Part shown: positions 40,558-53,165 of the stretch, in pieces
How the letters are laid out: each line of letters opens with the position of its first letter
Position numbering within the stretch: position 1 is the stretch's first letter
Assembly: GCA_965199955.1 (NCBI GenBank)
Contig: CBDATQ010000001.1
Location: 2,080,001 to 2,144,000 of the forward strand
DNA length: 64,000 bases
From: Spirochaetia bacterium
GTDB taxonomy: Bacteria > Spirochaetota > Spirochaetia > SZUA-6 > Bin103
Reading direction: 5' to 3'
The notes under the pieces: model-generated
The model's database searches: none
What the model was told of the DNA's origin: nothing
The model's input: the letters and a program-made list of their open reading frames with translations, nothing else
Made by a program: the position numbers and the translations under genes

Positions 40558-41508
40558 TCATGGCTCGGCGTGCTTTCGCGCGGGTTCGGCCGCGCGCCGC
40601 TCGTCCCGCATGAAGACCAGCAGGGCGGACGTGACGATCGCGGCTGCGGCGACCACGGACAGCGGAACCGGCTCGCCCAGGGTGAGCGCGGCCAGCACGA
40701 TCACGCCGGACGGGGTCAAAGCGGTGATGGTACCCGCCGTCGCCGCGGACAGGCGCCGGAAGGCGACGGTCATCAGCGCGTAGTTGGCCGCCGTGCCGAT
40801 CACGCCCAGCGCCGCCAGCGCGGCCGCCGCCTCGAGCGATACCGAATCCGGCCGGCGGGCGAACGGCAGCAGGCACAGGTTCACGGCGCCGGCGATCGCC
40901 AGGATCGGTACCGCGATCTTCAGCGCGGCGCCGCGCCCCGGGCCGGAGCCGCCGGCCAATGCGCGGCTGACCAGTCCGTAGATCCCGAACCCGACCGAGG
41001 CGGCGATCATCACCAGATTGCCGGCCCGATAGGAAGACGCCGTGAGCTCGTCGAGGGCGCCGGGCGCGGCCAGGAGCAGCCCGCCGCCGGCGATGACAGA
41101 GGCGATCGCCGCCAGCTTGATCGCGGACAGGCGCTCTCCGAGGACCCAGCGCGCCAGCAGGACCAGGGTGACGATCTGCACCTGGATCATCACCGTCCCG
41201 GCGCCGGCCGTGGTGAGGCTCATGCCGAGTGCGTAGAGCTGATAGTTGACGCCCAGTGCGATGCCCCCTAGCAGGTGCCAGCCGCTGCAGGGCATCAGGT
41301 CGCGCAGGCGTCCGCCTCGCGCTCGGTGCAGCACGGCCAGCAGCACCGCCGCCACCGGCAGCCGCGTCGCGGAGATCACGATCGGATCGAAGGAACGGAG
41401 AGCGACCTTGATCAGGATCGGGATCATCATCCATACCACGGTGGCAGCCAGCATGGCGGCCACGCCCGTCCGGACGCCGCGGCGGTCGGCCGCCTCAGGC
41501 CGCGTCAC
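40558..41508 (-). CDS. DMT/EamA transporter
   Basis: Two EamA repeats (LGERLS, LGEP) with about 10 hydrophobic segments. Confidence 0.88.
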   Translation of the reverse strand: MTRPEAADRRGVRTGVAAMLAATVVWMMIPILIKVALRSFDPIVISATRLPVAAVLLAVLHRARGGRLRDLMPCSGWHLLGGIALGVNYQLYALGMSLTTAGAGTVMIQVQIVTLVLLARWVLGERLSAIKLAAIASVIAGGGLLLAAPGALDELTASSYRAGNLVMIAASVGFGIYGLVSRALAGGSGPGRGAALKIAVPILAIAGAVNLCLLPFARRPDSVSLEAAAALAALGVIGTAANYALMTVAFRRLSAATAGTITALTPSGVIVLAALTLGEPVPLSVVAAAAIVTSALLVFMRDERRAAEPARKHAEP

Positions 41509-41626
41509 GCTGCTCTCCGGGGTCGGTTCCGCGGGACCTGTCCGAGCCTGCCGATGAGTAGTAGGGTAGCTGTGCTGTGGCCGCGGCCCCGGCCGGACGC
41601 CGGATCGAGCGGCCGCGTCCCCTTGG

Positions 41627-42604
41627 ATGAGAAGTACTGACAGATCGCCCCCGGGTGGGGCCACGTCCGCGCTGACGCGGACCGCCCTGACCGACCGCCT
41701 GTACGAGACGGCGCGCTACCTCAGCCGATCCTGGGAGCTGTACGTCTTCATACTCCCCGCGGTCGTGCACATCTTCCTGTTCAAGTACCTGCCGATCTAC
41801 GGCCTGAGCATCGCCTTCACCGACGGGTTCTCGTTGCGGACCGGGCGGTCCGCACCGGAGTGGAACAACTTCGCCCACTTCCTGCGGTTTTTCGACTCCG
41901 CGTTCTTCGTGCCGGTCATCCGCAACACGGTGGTGATCGCCCTGTACAGCCTGGCGACTTGGCCGATCGCGCTGGTGCTGGCGCTGATGATGAACGAAAC
42001 CCGCAACCGTCACTTCAAGAAAGCCGTGCAGATGGCCACCTACGCACCGTACTTCATCTCGACCGTGGTCGTCGTAAGCATGCTCACGGTATTCCTCAGT
42101 CCGCGCATCGGCGTGATCAACTCGTTCATCAAGCTGCTCGGCGGCGAGGCGATCTTCTTCATGGCCAGCCCCTCGTGGGGGCCCACGCTCTACGTGATGT
42201 CCGAGCTCTGGCAGACCGCCGGCTTCGGAGCGATCATCTACCTGGCGGCGCTGTCGGCCGTCGACCCGCAGCTTCGCGAGGCGGCGTTCTGCGACGGCGC
42301 GCACAAGCTGCGCATCATCTGGCACGTCGACCTGCCCTGGATCACGCCCACCATCGTCATCCTGTTCATCATGCGCCTGGGCCAACTGCTGACCATCGGC
42401 TTCGAGAAAGTCCTGCTGATGCAGAACAACCTGAACATCACGACCATGGAGGTGGTGTCGACCTACGTGTACCGGTCGGGGATCCAGCAGGCGCAGTACG
42501 ACTACGCGACCGCCGTGGGGCTGCTGGAGACCGTGGCCAATTTCGCGCTACTGGTGATCGCCAACCGTCTGGCCCGGCACTTCGGCCAGACCTCCCTCTG
42601 GTAG
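41627..42604 (+). CDS. carbohydrate ABC permease 1
   Basis: KYLPIYG..IAF, APYFISTVV, GAIIYLAAL..VDP.L.EAA..DGA, GFEK. Confidence 0.93.
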   Translation: MRSTDRSPPGGATSALTRTALTDRLYETARYLSRSWELYVFILPAVVHIFLFKYLPIYGLSIAFTDGFSLRTGRSAPEWNNFAHFLRFFDSAFFVPVIRNTVVIALYSLATWPIALVLALMMNETRNRHFKKAVQMATYAPYFISTVVVVSMLTVFLSPRIGVINSFIKLLGGEAIFFMASPSWGPTLYVMSELWQTAGFGAIIYLAALSAVDPQLREAAFCDGAHKLRIIWHVDLPWITPTIVILFIMRLGQLLTIGFEKVLLMQNNLNITTMEVVSTYVYRSGIQQAQYDYATAVGLLETVANFALLVIANRLARHFGQTSLW

Positions 42605-42612
42605 CTCATCCG

Positions 42613-43512
42613 GTGGTAGACTTCCGCAGCAAGGCCGATCGCGTCACCGACGGGGTCAACGTCGCCATCCTGGCGGTCATCCTGGTCGTGACCGTCTATC
42701 CCATGTACTTCGTCGTGATCGCCTCGATCAGCGAGCCGACGCTCGTTTCCGCCGGTCACGTCTACCTGTGGCCGCGCGGGCTGAACGTCGAGGGGTACTC
42801 CTACATCTTCCGCACCCGCAACATCCTGGAGGGCTACCGCAACTCCGTCGTGTACGCCATCGGGCAGACGGCGGTATCGCTGATGCTGACCATCCCCGCC
42901 GCCTACGCGCTGTCCCGCAAGGACCTGCGCGGCCGGGGACTGATCATGTTCTATTTCGTGTTCACCCTGTATTTCACCGGCGGCATCATCCCGTTCTACG
43001 TCGTGGTGCGGCGGCTGGGCCTGAACGATTCGGCGTGGGCGCTGATCCTGCCGAACGCCGTGAACGTCTTCAACCTGATCGTGGCGCGCACGTTCTTCGC
43101 GAGCAACGTGCCGGAGGAGTTGCTGGAGTCCGCGCAGATCGACGGGTGCACGAACTCCCGGTTCTTCGCCAGCGTCGCGCTGCCGCTCGCGCAGGCGATC
43201 GTCGCCATCATCGTGCTGTTCAACGTCGTGCAGAACTGGAACGCGTTCTTCCACGCCCTGCTGTTCATCAACGACTCCGACAAGTACCCGCTGCAACTGG
43301 TGCTCAGGCGGCTGCTCATCTTGAACGAGCTGTTGTCGGGGGGAGAGGGTCTGGAAAGTTATACACCGCAGGAGATCCAGCGTCGGCAGATCCTGGCCGA
43401 CCTGCTGCGCTACGGCATCATCGTGGTGGCGATCGCGCCGCTGCTGATCCTCTATCCGTTCATTCAACGCCATTTCGTCAAGGGCATCATGGTCGGCTCG
43501 ATCAAGGGATGA
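42613..43512 (+). CDS. carbohydrate ABC permease 2
   Basis: AYALSR, GGIIP, PEELLESAQIDG, YPFIQRHFVKG..GSIKG. Confidence 0.92.
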   Translation: MVDFRSKADRVTDGVNVAILAVILVVTVYPMYFVVIASISEPTLVSAGHVYLWPRGLNVEGYSYIFRTRNILEGYRNSVVYAIGQTAVSLMLTIPAAYALSRKDLRGRGLIMFYFVFTLYFTGGIIPFYVVVRRLGLNDSAWALILPNAVNVFNLIVARTFFASNVPEELLESAQIDGCTNSRFFASVALPLAQAIVAIIVLFNVVQNWNAFFHALLFINDSDKYPLQLVLRRLLILNELLSGGEGLESYTPQEIQRRQILADLLRYGIIVVAIAPLLILYPFIQRHFVKGIMVGSIKG

Positions 43513-43534
43513 CGCCGACCGCCATGCCCGTTCA

Positions 43535-43598
43535 GCCGCTTGTGAGCGGCCCCTTCGGGGCGGTTCGCTGCGCTCACGGGTCCCGAGTGAAGGGACCC
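43535..43598 (+). other. intergenic stem-loop cluster upstream of the binding-protein RBS
   Basis: GCCGCT-TGTG-AGCGGC, a GCCCC-TTCG-GGGGC tetraloop hairpin, and GGGTCCC-GAGTGAA-GGGACCC (43578-43598). Confidence 0.55.
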
Positions 43599-43619
43599 GA
43601 TTTCATCAAGGAGGGTGCT

Positions 43620-45206
43620 ATGAAGAAGGCACTCGTTTCGTTTCTGGGGATCGCCATGCTGCTGGTGAGCCCCGCGTTCCTGTTCGCCGCCGGCGAAGAG
43701 GAGACCATGAGCTCCGCCGAGCTCACCGAGCCGGGGGTGTTCCCGGTGCAACCGGGCATCACCCTGCAGGCAGGGTGGAACTCCGGCCGGTGGGGCAGCG
43801 CAGAGGAGAACCTCTGGGCGCAGAGCTGGGCGGAGCCCACCGGGGTGACGCTCGAGTTCGTGGAGATGGAGAACGAGGAGAAGATCACGATCGTGTTCTC
43901 CGCCGACGACTATCCCGACCTGATGCTCGGGACCGCCGGTCTCGAGAAGAATCTCATCGCCCGGCTATTGCAGGAGGGCGTCGTCGCCGACCTCCGGCCC
44001 TACCTGTTTCAGGGGTACACCCCCAATCTGGACCAGATCTTCACCGAGAAGCCGGAGTCGCTGGCCTACATGCTCAATCCGGAGGGCAAGCTGTCGAACC
44101 TGGCGCGCTTTCAGTTCCAGGAATCGCACTACCTGGAACAGAACTACATGATCAACCGGAAGTGGCTCGACGCCCTCGGACTGGACGTTCCGACGACCAC
44201 CGACGAGCTGCGCGATGTGCTGATCGCGTTCCGTGACAACGATGCCAACGGGAACGGAGACGCGGACGACGAGCTGCCGTTCGGCTACATGGCCACCGAC
44301 GGCTACGCCCAGCACCTGCGCTCGATGTACGGCATCTGGGGCATGCCCACCAAGAACGGCATCGCCATCACGGACGGCACGGCGTATTTCGCCCCGATCA
44401 CCGACGCCTATCGCGAGATGGTCACCTACTTCGCGGACCTGTACAGCGAGGGGCTGATTGACCCGGAGAGCTTCACGCAGTCGCGGGCGGACTTCGACGC
44501 CAAGGTCGACGATCCGGCCGGCAACGTGTACGGATTCATCATCGCGGTGCGCGGCTACCAGGGTACCGACGGCCGCGCCGAGTTCGAGTCGATACCGCCG
44601 TTCCGTGCCCCGGGCCATGAGCCCGAGATCTGGGTCCATCCCGGCCGGCTGGCGATCAAGCACGTCTGGTTCATGACCGACGTGAACCCGTATCCCGAGC
44701 ACACGATGGCGTGGGTCGACCGCTTCTATACGCTGGAGAACAGCGTGCAGAGCATGTTCGGCATCGCTCCCGAGGGGGTGAAGCTGATCGACGGCGTCTG
44801 GACGCCGCAGGAGATCCCCGCGGAACGGCGGCAGAAGATCTCCACCGTCGGAGCGATCCCCGCACTCTTCCGGGCCGAGGACTACGGTGTGAGGCTGGCG
44901 ATGGACGCCAGCTCGCAGTTGCTGTACGACGCCTATTACGCTCACTACATCGATTACAAGGCGGCCGAGCAGTGGGTGCGGCCGGAGTTCACGGACTCGG
45001 AGCAGACCGAGGTCAACGAGCTGCGGACCGACATCAACACGCTCTGGCAGAGCAATGAAGCCCGCTGGATCACCGGCGCCGGCGACATCGACACGGAGTG
45101 GGACGACTACGTCGAGCAGATGAAGTCCATGAAGATCGACCGCTACGTGGAGCTGCACCAGGCGGCCCACACGCGGTTCGCAAGCGAGATCGGCGACCGC
45201 CGCTGA
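43620..45206 (+). CDS. carbohydrate ABC solute-binding protein
   Basis: Signal peptide, INRKWLDALGLDVPTT.DEL..VL.AFRDNDANGNG, LY.EGLID. RBS AAGGAGG. Confidence 0.93.
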   Translation: MKKALVSFLGIAMLLVSPAFLFAAGEEETMSSAELTEPGVFPVQPGITLQAGWNSGRWGSAEENLWAQSWAEPTGVTLEFVEMENEEKITIVFSADDYPDLMLGTAGLEKNLIARLLQEGVVADLRPYLFQGYTPNLDQIFTEKPESLAYMLNPEGKLSNLARFQFQESHYLEQNYMINRKWLDALGLDVPTTTDELRDVLIAFRDNDANGNGDADDELPFGYMATDGYAQHLRSMYGIWGMPTKNGIAITDGTAYFAPITDAYREMVTYFADLYSEGLIDPESFTQSRADFDAKVDDPAGNVYGFIIAVRGYQGTDGRAEFESIPPFRAPGHEPEIWVHPGRLAIKHVWFMTDVNPYPEHTMAWVDRFYTLENSVQSMFGIAPEGVKLIDGVWTPQEIPAERRQKISTVGAIPALFRAEDYGVRLAMDASSQLLYDAYYAHYIDYKAAEQWVRPEFTDSEQTEVNELRTDINTLWQSNEARWITGAGDIDTEWDDYVEQMKSMKIDRYVELHQAAHTRFASEIGDRR

Positions 45207-45298
45207 TCGATCCTCGAACTTGATCGGATCGTGACCGGGGGTGGATGCCGAGACGGCGTTCGCTCCCGGCCACGGCTCCACCACCGCGGAGTGAAACC

Positions 45299-46057
45299 AT
45301 GAAAGCGAACACCATGAAGCGCTCGATGCAGGCGGGATCGCCCGTGGTCGGCGCGGAGCTGGCGCTGGGCAATCCCCTGGCGGGGGAGATCTTCTCCCTG
45401 GCCGGATTCGACTTCGTGCAGGTCGACATGCAGCACGGCATGTGGACGGACGAAACGGCACTGCAGGCCTTTCATCGCATCTGTCTGGGTCAGGCGACCC
45501 CGTCCGTGCGCGTCGTCGGCAACGACTACGCCGCCATCGGCCGCGTCCTCGACCGGGGGGCGCTCACCGTGGTCGTGCCCATGGTCAACTCGGTCGCGGA
45601 GGCCGAGGCCGCTGCTCAGGCGGTGCGCTATCCGCCGCGCGGCCGGCGGTCGAGTGGGGCGCCCACCGGCTACCTGACCTATGACGCCGACTACGGCCAG
45701 GCGACCAATGACGAGATCTGCCTGATGGTGCAGATCGAGACGAAAGAGGCCGTCGCCGCCGCGCGGGAGATCCTGTCCGTCGACGGCGTGGACGGCTGCA
45801 TGATCGGGCCGAGCGACCTGGGCAAGTCGCTCGGCCCGTCCGTAGGCCAGGAGGAACAGGCGCGCATGCAGCTCCAGGTGCGTGACATCTGCCTTGATCT
45901 GGGCCGGTTTCCCGGCATCGCCACCGGCGGCCCGGGCGCCGAGCAGCACCTGCGCGAGGGTTTCCTGTTCGTGCTGGCTACCGGAGACTTCGGCATCCTC
46001 ACCGAGGGCGCGACCAAGGCGAGGAGCTGGCTGGACGACGTGCGCGCCTCGCTCTGA
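45299..46057 (+). CDS. HpcH/HpaI-family aldolase
   Basis: DMQHG, RYPP.G.RS, QIET, GPSDL. Confidence 0.9.
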   Translation: MKANTMKRSMQAGSPVVGAELALGNPLAGEIFSLAGFDFVQVDMQHGMWTDETALQAFHRICLGQATPSVRVVGNDYAAIGRVLDRGALTVVVPMVNSVAEAEAAAQAVRYPPRGRRSSGAPTGYLTYDADYGQATNDEICLMVQIETKEAVAAAREILSVDGVDGCMIGPSDLGKSLGPSVGQEEQARMQLQVRDICLDLGRFPGIATGGPGAEQHLREGFLFVLATGDFGILTEGATKARSWLDDVRASL

Positions 46058-46059
46058 AG

Positions 46060-46777
46060 GGCTTCGGGGTCGACTGGGCCTCAGGCGCCGACGCGCTCAA
46101 CCGGACCGGAATCAACGCCAGGCTGCCACCCATGCAGCACGCACACGTCGACGGCGGAGGCGAGGTGACTCTGCGGGCCTCAGCCGGACGCCGGATGGAC
46201 GGTGTGCTCGGGGTGTCGATCACCTTGCAAGGCGCGGTCGACTCCGGCGACAGCAACCATGTGACGCAGGTGAGGCGGTTCGCGATGGAGTGCGCGGATC
46301 GGCTGCGACGGAGCGCGCCGGGTTGCGAGCGCTGCTACGCGCTGCACCTGTCGCCCGTGGTGGGCGCACGCGGCGGACCCTGCATCGACGGCGAATACAC
46401 GGTCACGGTCGAGGACCACGAGCGCGGCGCGCGCTTCGACGACGTGCTGTTCTTGAACATCCACGAGGGTCGGCCGCCACACGCCGGGGCGGTGGAGGGC
46501 TGCGACGTCCCGTATCGCTGTCTGCTGCCGCAGGGCGTCGACAACCTGCTGGTGGTCGGGCGCGGCGCTGCCTACATCCGCCGCGGTCACGACCCGACGG
46601 GTATGCGCGCGCGGCCGCTGGTGATGGGTCAGGCGGCCGGAGTGGCCGCCGACGCTCGCGATCGAGTCGGACACCACGGTCAAGGGGGTGGATCGCCGCG
46701 AACTGCAGCGCCGCCTGGTCGCCGACGGGTTCCACCTCGGCGATGCCGTTCGCCTGCGCGAGCTGGAGCTCGCCTGA
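46060..46777 (+). pseudogene. FAD-dependent oxidoreductase (FAD_oxidored family), C-terminal remnant
   Basis: VPYRCLLPQGVDNLLVVGR, MGQAAGVAA, VDRRELQRRL after a frameshift. No N-terminal Rossmann motif. Confidence 0.75.
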
Positions 46778-46852
46778 GCCGGCGAGAATTCCCCTTCGTC
46801 TCGGCCGGCACGGCAGCAGCGCACGTCATCGAGTGCTTCGCCACGCCCGGGG

Positions 46853-48649
<1,797 letters not shown>

Positions 48650-48792
48650 GCGTTGGGCACGAATGTGCTAACCGCGGCAGCTCTTCGCCAAGCCCGGTCG
48701 CAGCAGTGAGCAGCGGCGTGACGCGGGTACCATGGCCTTCCGAGCCGGGGTGCTCGCCAGGGTCTTGAGATCGACCGGGATTGACCGTCCCG

Positions 48793-49864
48793 TCACCCCG
48801 GGCGGCCGGGCCGGGAGTCGATCGGGATCTGAGCGCGCTCGGCCGCTGCGCGGTCGAACGCCGCCATCACCTCAAGCACGTGCTGCGCGAGCTCGCCGCT
48901 GCATCGATGCGGCGTCCCGGAGCGCAGCCCGATGCACATATCCGCCAGACGATGCTGCGCGCGTTCTCGGTCGGTCCGGCGCCCAGCGGTACCTCCGTCC
49001 ACTCGCCGCCGGGATCTGCCACCGCGACCGGTCCGCCGAAGCCGTTGGGATCCGGGGCGGAGATGCTGCCCGCGGTGCCGTACAGCTCCAGGCGCGGATG
49101 GGAGTGCCGCCACACGTCGAAGCTCAGGGCGATGGTGCCGATGCAGCCCGTGCCTCATCCAGATCGCGGACGCCGCCACCACGCGGCCGATGCGCCCGGC
49201 GGCGACCAGCGCGCGGACAGTCTGGTGGCCGGCGCCAAGGAAAGTGTCGGGCGCGCTGCCGACGCGCAGTCCGCGCTCGCGCGCGGCGGCCAGCACCTCG
49301 GCCCCGGCTGACGGGTCGACGGCAAATGGCTTCTCGCAGTAGACGTGCTTGCCGGCCTCGATCGCCGCCAGGTTCACCGGAGCGTGCGCGCCCGGCACGG
49401 TCAGGTTGAGGACCTCCACCGCCGGGTCCACGTGCAGGTAATACTGCTCCGAGCACACGGCGAAGTCAGCGATCCCGTCGGTGATGCCGCTGGACGAGGC
49501 GCGGACGTTGACCGTGTACTCGACCCCGTCCCCGCCCCGGGTGGTCGACCCGGTGCCTCCGGTGATGAACCGCCAGAGCGTGGAGTTGCGAAAGGCGTCG
49601 CACATGCCGCCGTGGCAGCCGGCCATGCCGACGCCTCCGGCCACCGCCGCGGAAACCGCCTCGACCTGCTCCCTGTCGATGGTGCCCATGGTCCAGATCG
49701 GGACCAGCAGGTGGATCCGGCCCATCAGCCCTGCATCCCCAACGACTCCAGGCGGTCGGAGGCGGTGACGGAGAAGCCTTCTCGCTCCAGCACCTGCCGG
49801 AACACCTCGCTCACCTTCCCGGGCTCGTGACCTTCTCAGCCACCCTGCACGATCAGCGCTTCAC
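48793..49864 (-). pseudogene. ThuA-domain remnant fused to a Gfo/Idh/MocA remnant
   Basis: ALIVQGG*EGHEP (TGG to TGA), GCHGGMCDAFR, SEQYYLHVDPAVEVL joined to NLT...EKP...APDTFLG. Several frameshifts. Confidence 0.8.
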
Positions 49865-49927
49865 GCTGCGTCGCGGCGTTCACCGCGGCCTCCGTGCTAT
49901 AACCGACGGTGCAATGAGGGCACGTAC

Positions 49928-50806
49928 ATGAGTGAGGTCGAAGTGATCGTCGATCGCCGATGCCTGGTGGGCGAGGGAGCCATCTGGGATGCGCGCCGCC
50001 GGCATCTCCTGTGGGTGGATATTCTGGGTCATCTGCTGTTCATCTACGACCCGGAGACAGGAGAGAATCGCGAGATCAACCTGCTGCAGGCCGTCGGCAC
50101 GGTTGTACCACGGACTGCCGGCGGTGTCGTGGTCGCCCTGCACAACGGCTTTGCCTTCCTCGACCTGGAGACCGAGCGGATGACGCCCATTGCCGACCCG
50201 GAGGCCGACATCCCCGGAAACCGCTTCAACGACGGCAAGTGCGACCCGGCCGGGCGGCTGTGGGCCGGCACCATGGCTTTCGACGGCATGCGCGAGCAGG
50301 AGCAGGGATCGCTGTACAGCCTGGACACCGACGGGACGGTCACCTGGAAGCTCGGCCGCATCAGCATCTCCAACGGCATCGTCTGGAGCGCCGACGCGCG
50401 CACCATGTACTACATCGACACCGTCAAGAACGACGTTCGCGCCTTCGACTACGACCTGGATACCGGCGCGATCGCCAACGAGCGGGTGACGTGCCGCCAC
50501 GACGGTGAAGGCCATTTCGACGGCATGACCCTGGATGACGAAGGAATGGTGTGGATCGCCATCTTCGGCGGCGGAGCGGTGAAGCGCTACAACCCGGAGA
50601 CCGGCGAGCACCTGGCCACCATCGAGTTGCCGGTGAGTTGCGTGACCTCGTGCGCGTTCGGCGGTCCGGACCTGGATCAGCTCTACATCACCTCGGCTTC
50701 GTACCGGCTGACAGCTACCGAGCTGGCCGGGCAGCCGCTGGCCGGATCGCTGTTCCGGGCTGTCCCGGGCGTGCGCGGCGTGCCGGCCTTCGAGTACGCG
50801 GGGTAG
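49928..50806 (+). CDS. SMP-30/gluconolactonase
   Basis: GEG..WD, RFNDGKCDPAGR, SNG..WS, DGM..D.EG, TSCAFGG. Confidence 0.95.
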   Translation: MSEVEVIVDRRCLVGEGAIWDARRRHLLWVDILGHLLFIYDPETGENREINLLQAVGTVVPRTAGGVVVALHNGFAFLDLETERMTPIADPEADIPGNRFNDGKCDPAGRLWAGTMAFDGMREQEQGSLYSLDTDGTVTWKLGRISISNGIVWSADARTMYYIDTVKNDVRAFDYDLDTGAIANERVTCRHDGEGHFDGMTLDDEGMVWIAIFGGGAVKRYNPETGEHLATIELPVSCVTSCAFGGPDLDQLYITSASYRLTATELAGQPLAGSLFRAVPGVRGVPAFEYAG

Positions 50807-50810
50807 CGCG

Positions 50811-51971
50811 ATGGCAGACCCCATCATCACTTCCCTGGAGCTGATCGACTTCTCCTACGAGCAGCGCGAGCTGGGAACCGACTACCACATGTTTAACCAG
50901 GTATATGTCCCGGGGGCGCGCCTGCAGGCCGGCGGCACGATTCTGGTGGTCCACAGCGACGCCGGCATCTCGGGCTCCTGTGCCGGGATCCAACCGGTGG
51001 ACATCGCGGTGATTCCTCGCCTGTGGCCGTTCCTCAAGGGCCGAAACGCGCTGGAGCGCGAGTTCATCTACGACGAGATCAAGCGCGCCCAGCGCCAGAA
51101 TGCCCGCATCGGCGTAGCGCCGGTGGACATCGCCCTGTGGGACCTGGCCGGCCGGCTGCTGGACCAGCCGATCTACCGGCTGCTCGGCGGGTGGAAGGAG
51201 TCGGTGCCGTGCTACGCATCCACCTACCACGGCGACGAGAACGGCGGCCTCGACAGCCCGCAGGCGTTCGCGGACTTCGCCGTGCAGTGCCGGGACATGG
51301 GCTACCCGGCGTTCAAGATCCACGGCTGGGGGCAGGGGCCGGTGAGCCGCGAGGTGGACAACGTGCTGGCCGTGCGCCGTGCGGTCGGCGACCAGATGGA
51401 TCTGATGCTCGACCCCGCCTGCGAGCTGCGCACCTTCGCGGACGCGGTCAAGGTCGGCCACGCCTGTGACGACGCCCGCTACTACTGGTACGAGGATCCG
51501 TTCCGCGACGGCGGCATTTCGCAGTTCGCGCACCGCAAGCTGCGCCAGCTCATCCGCACGCCGCTGCTGATGACCGAGCACGTGCGTACCCTGGAGCCTC
51601 ACATCGACTTCGCCCTGGCCGACGCCACCGACTTCGTGCGCGGCGACGTCGGCTACGACGGCATTACCGGCGTGGTGAAGCTCGCGCACACCGCCGAGGC
51701 GCTGGGCATCGACATCGAGTTCCACGGGCCCGGACCCGCGCAGCGGCAGTGCATGGCGGCCATCCGCAACACCAATTACTACGAGCTGGGGCTCGTTCAT
51801 CCCAACGTTCCGACGGCCCGGAATGCCGGCTTGTACGCCGACTACTCGGACGCGCTCGACGCCATCGACGACCGGGGGCACGTGCCGGTACCGACCGGCC
51901 CCGGCCTGGGCGTGGAGATCGACTGGGACTGGGTGCGCGCGTACGAGAGCGGGCGGCGCGTCCTGGACTGA
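50811..51971 (+). CDS. mandelate racemase/enolase-superfamily enzyme
   Basis: DIALWDL.G, FKIH, LMLDP, WYEDP, PGLGV. Confidence 0.92.
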   Translation: MADPIITSLELIDFSYEQRELGTDYHMFNQVYVPGARLQAGGTILVVHSDAGISGSCAGIQPVDIAVIPRLWPFLKGRNALEREFIYDEIKRAQRQNARIGVAPVDIALWDLAGRLLDQPIYRLLGGWKESVPCYASTYHGDENGGLDSPQAFADFAVQCRDMGYPAFKIHGWGQGPVSREVDNVLAVRRAVGDQMDLMLDPACELRTFADAVKVGHACDDARYYWYEDPFRDGGISQFAHRKLRQLIRTPLLMTEHVRTLEPHIDFALADATDFVRGDVGYDGITGVVKLAHTAEALGIDIEFHGPGPAQRQCMAAIRNTNYYELGLVHPNVPTARNAGLYADYSDALDAIDDRGHVPVPTGPGLGVEIDWDWVRAYESGRRVLD

Positions 51972-52682
51972 TCAGTAGCAGGCACCCATCGGGAACCTGA
52001 AGAACACCTTCTGACCGCGTTCGAGAAAGGCGGGCGCATCGACCGGGTACTCCACGCTGCAGAGAATCCCGCGCCGATGCTCGGCATGGGCGACGAACCG
52101 TTTCGTCAGCGAGGCATCTCCGTATTCCCTGGTGATGGCGCGCCCGGTACGGCTGCAGCCCTTCTGCTGCAGGTACTGAATCAGCGTCGCGATGGGGGTG
52201 CGCGGAAGTTCGGCGGCGTTCGCGGGGGCGATCGCGAAATAGGTGTTGAGGGGCACTTCCGAGATGCAGTAATCGGCGCCGTCATCCCGGTCGATGACGA
52301 CGTTCGCTCCAAGCAGCCCGGGGGTGATGCTCACACCGAGACTCCGGGTCAACAGGTGACATTCGTACGAGGAGACGGCGAAGATCTGGCGCCGGTTCAC
52401 GATGGCCGTGCCGGTCTCCCTGTAGAGCGGTGCTTCCCGCCCGGTAGAGGGTCTGGTGAGGCCGCGGTGACGGTCTCCCGTGATGCCGTGACAGTCGACG
52501 GCGAGCCGGTCGACCTGCTGCGTGACCGAATGGCCACCGGGATTGCTGGCCATGTCCTGGTCGTCGTTCGGCCCCAGAACGGCGCGGATGACGCCGACTT
52601 CAGGGATATTGGCTGTCTCCCACTTGTGCAGGTTCGCCCGTTGCTGCGCGATGAAGTCGGTCAGATCGTCATGAAAGAGCAT
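51972..52682 (-). CDS. MOSC-like domain protein
   Basis: GITGDRH.G, NRRQ, LGANVV, C...G, RRG...V. Confidence 0.7.
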   Translation of the reverse strand: MLFHDDLTDFIAQQRANLHKWETANIPEVGVIRAVLGPNDDQDMASNPGGHSVTQQVDRLAVDCHGITGDRHRGLTRPSTGREAPLYRETGTAIVNRRQIFAVSSYECHLLTRSLGVSITPGLLGANVVIDRDDGADYCISEVPLNTYFAIAPANAAELPRTPIATLIQYLQQKGCSRTGRAITREYGDASLTKRFVAHAEHRRGILCSVEYPVDAPAFLERGQKVFFRFPMGACY

Positions 52683-52688
52683 GACGGC

Positions 52689-53165
52689 TCACATGGCCGT
52701 CAGATGCTTGAAGTACAGCGCGGCGTCAGGCGCCTTCCTGGAGGCGGCTCGATAGAGATCGACGTCCACGGTGACCAACGGTCGTGCATCGGAGACTATC
52801 TCCAGGAGCGCGGCATCGGTAAGTCCGAGCCGGTGGAATGAGCTGCTGCGCGACACGTCGACGCTCGCGATGACGACCTCCTCCGTAGCCTCGATCAGGA
52901 CCTTGAGCGTGCCGAAACAGCGTGACCGCTCGGGATCTCCATGCTGAGCGAGCAGGTTGGATGCCTCCGTGAGTGTGTTCGGCGTGACGACTACCCTGCC
53001 GAACTCGATGATCAGGTCGGTCAGGCGATCGTGGTCGTCAGTCGTGACCTCCCTCAGGCGCCCGTGCTTCGCGATCAGGCGCCGGTCCGTGCCGCCTGCC
53101 ACGAGCAGCACCAACAGATTGGCGTCGACGAGCACGCCGGTCTCGCGTGCGTGATCATTCGCCAT
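52689..53165 (-). CDS. PIN-domain nuclease
   Basis: LVDANLL, TPN.LTE, LGLTDAA, VTVD..L. Confidence 0.88.
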   Translation of the reverse strand: MANDHARETGVLVDANLLVLLVAGGTDRRLIAKHGRLREVTTDDHDRLTDLIIEFGRVVVTPNTLTEASNLLAQHGDPERSRCFGTLKVLIEATEEVVIASVDVSRSSSFHRLGLTDAALLEIVSDARPLVTVDVDLYRAASRKAPDAALYFKHLTAM

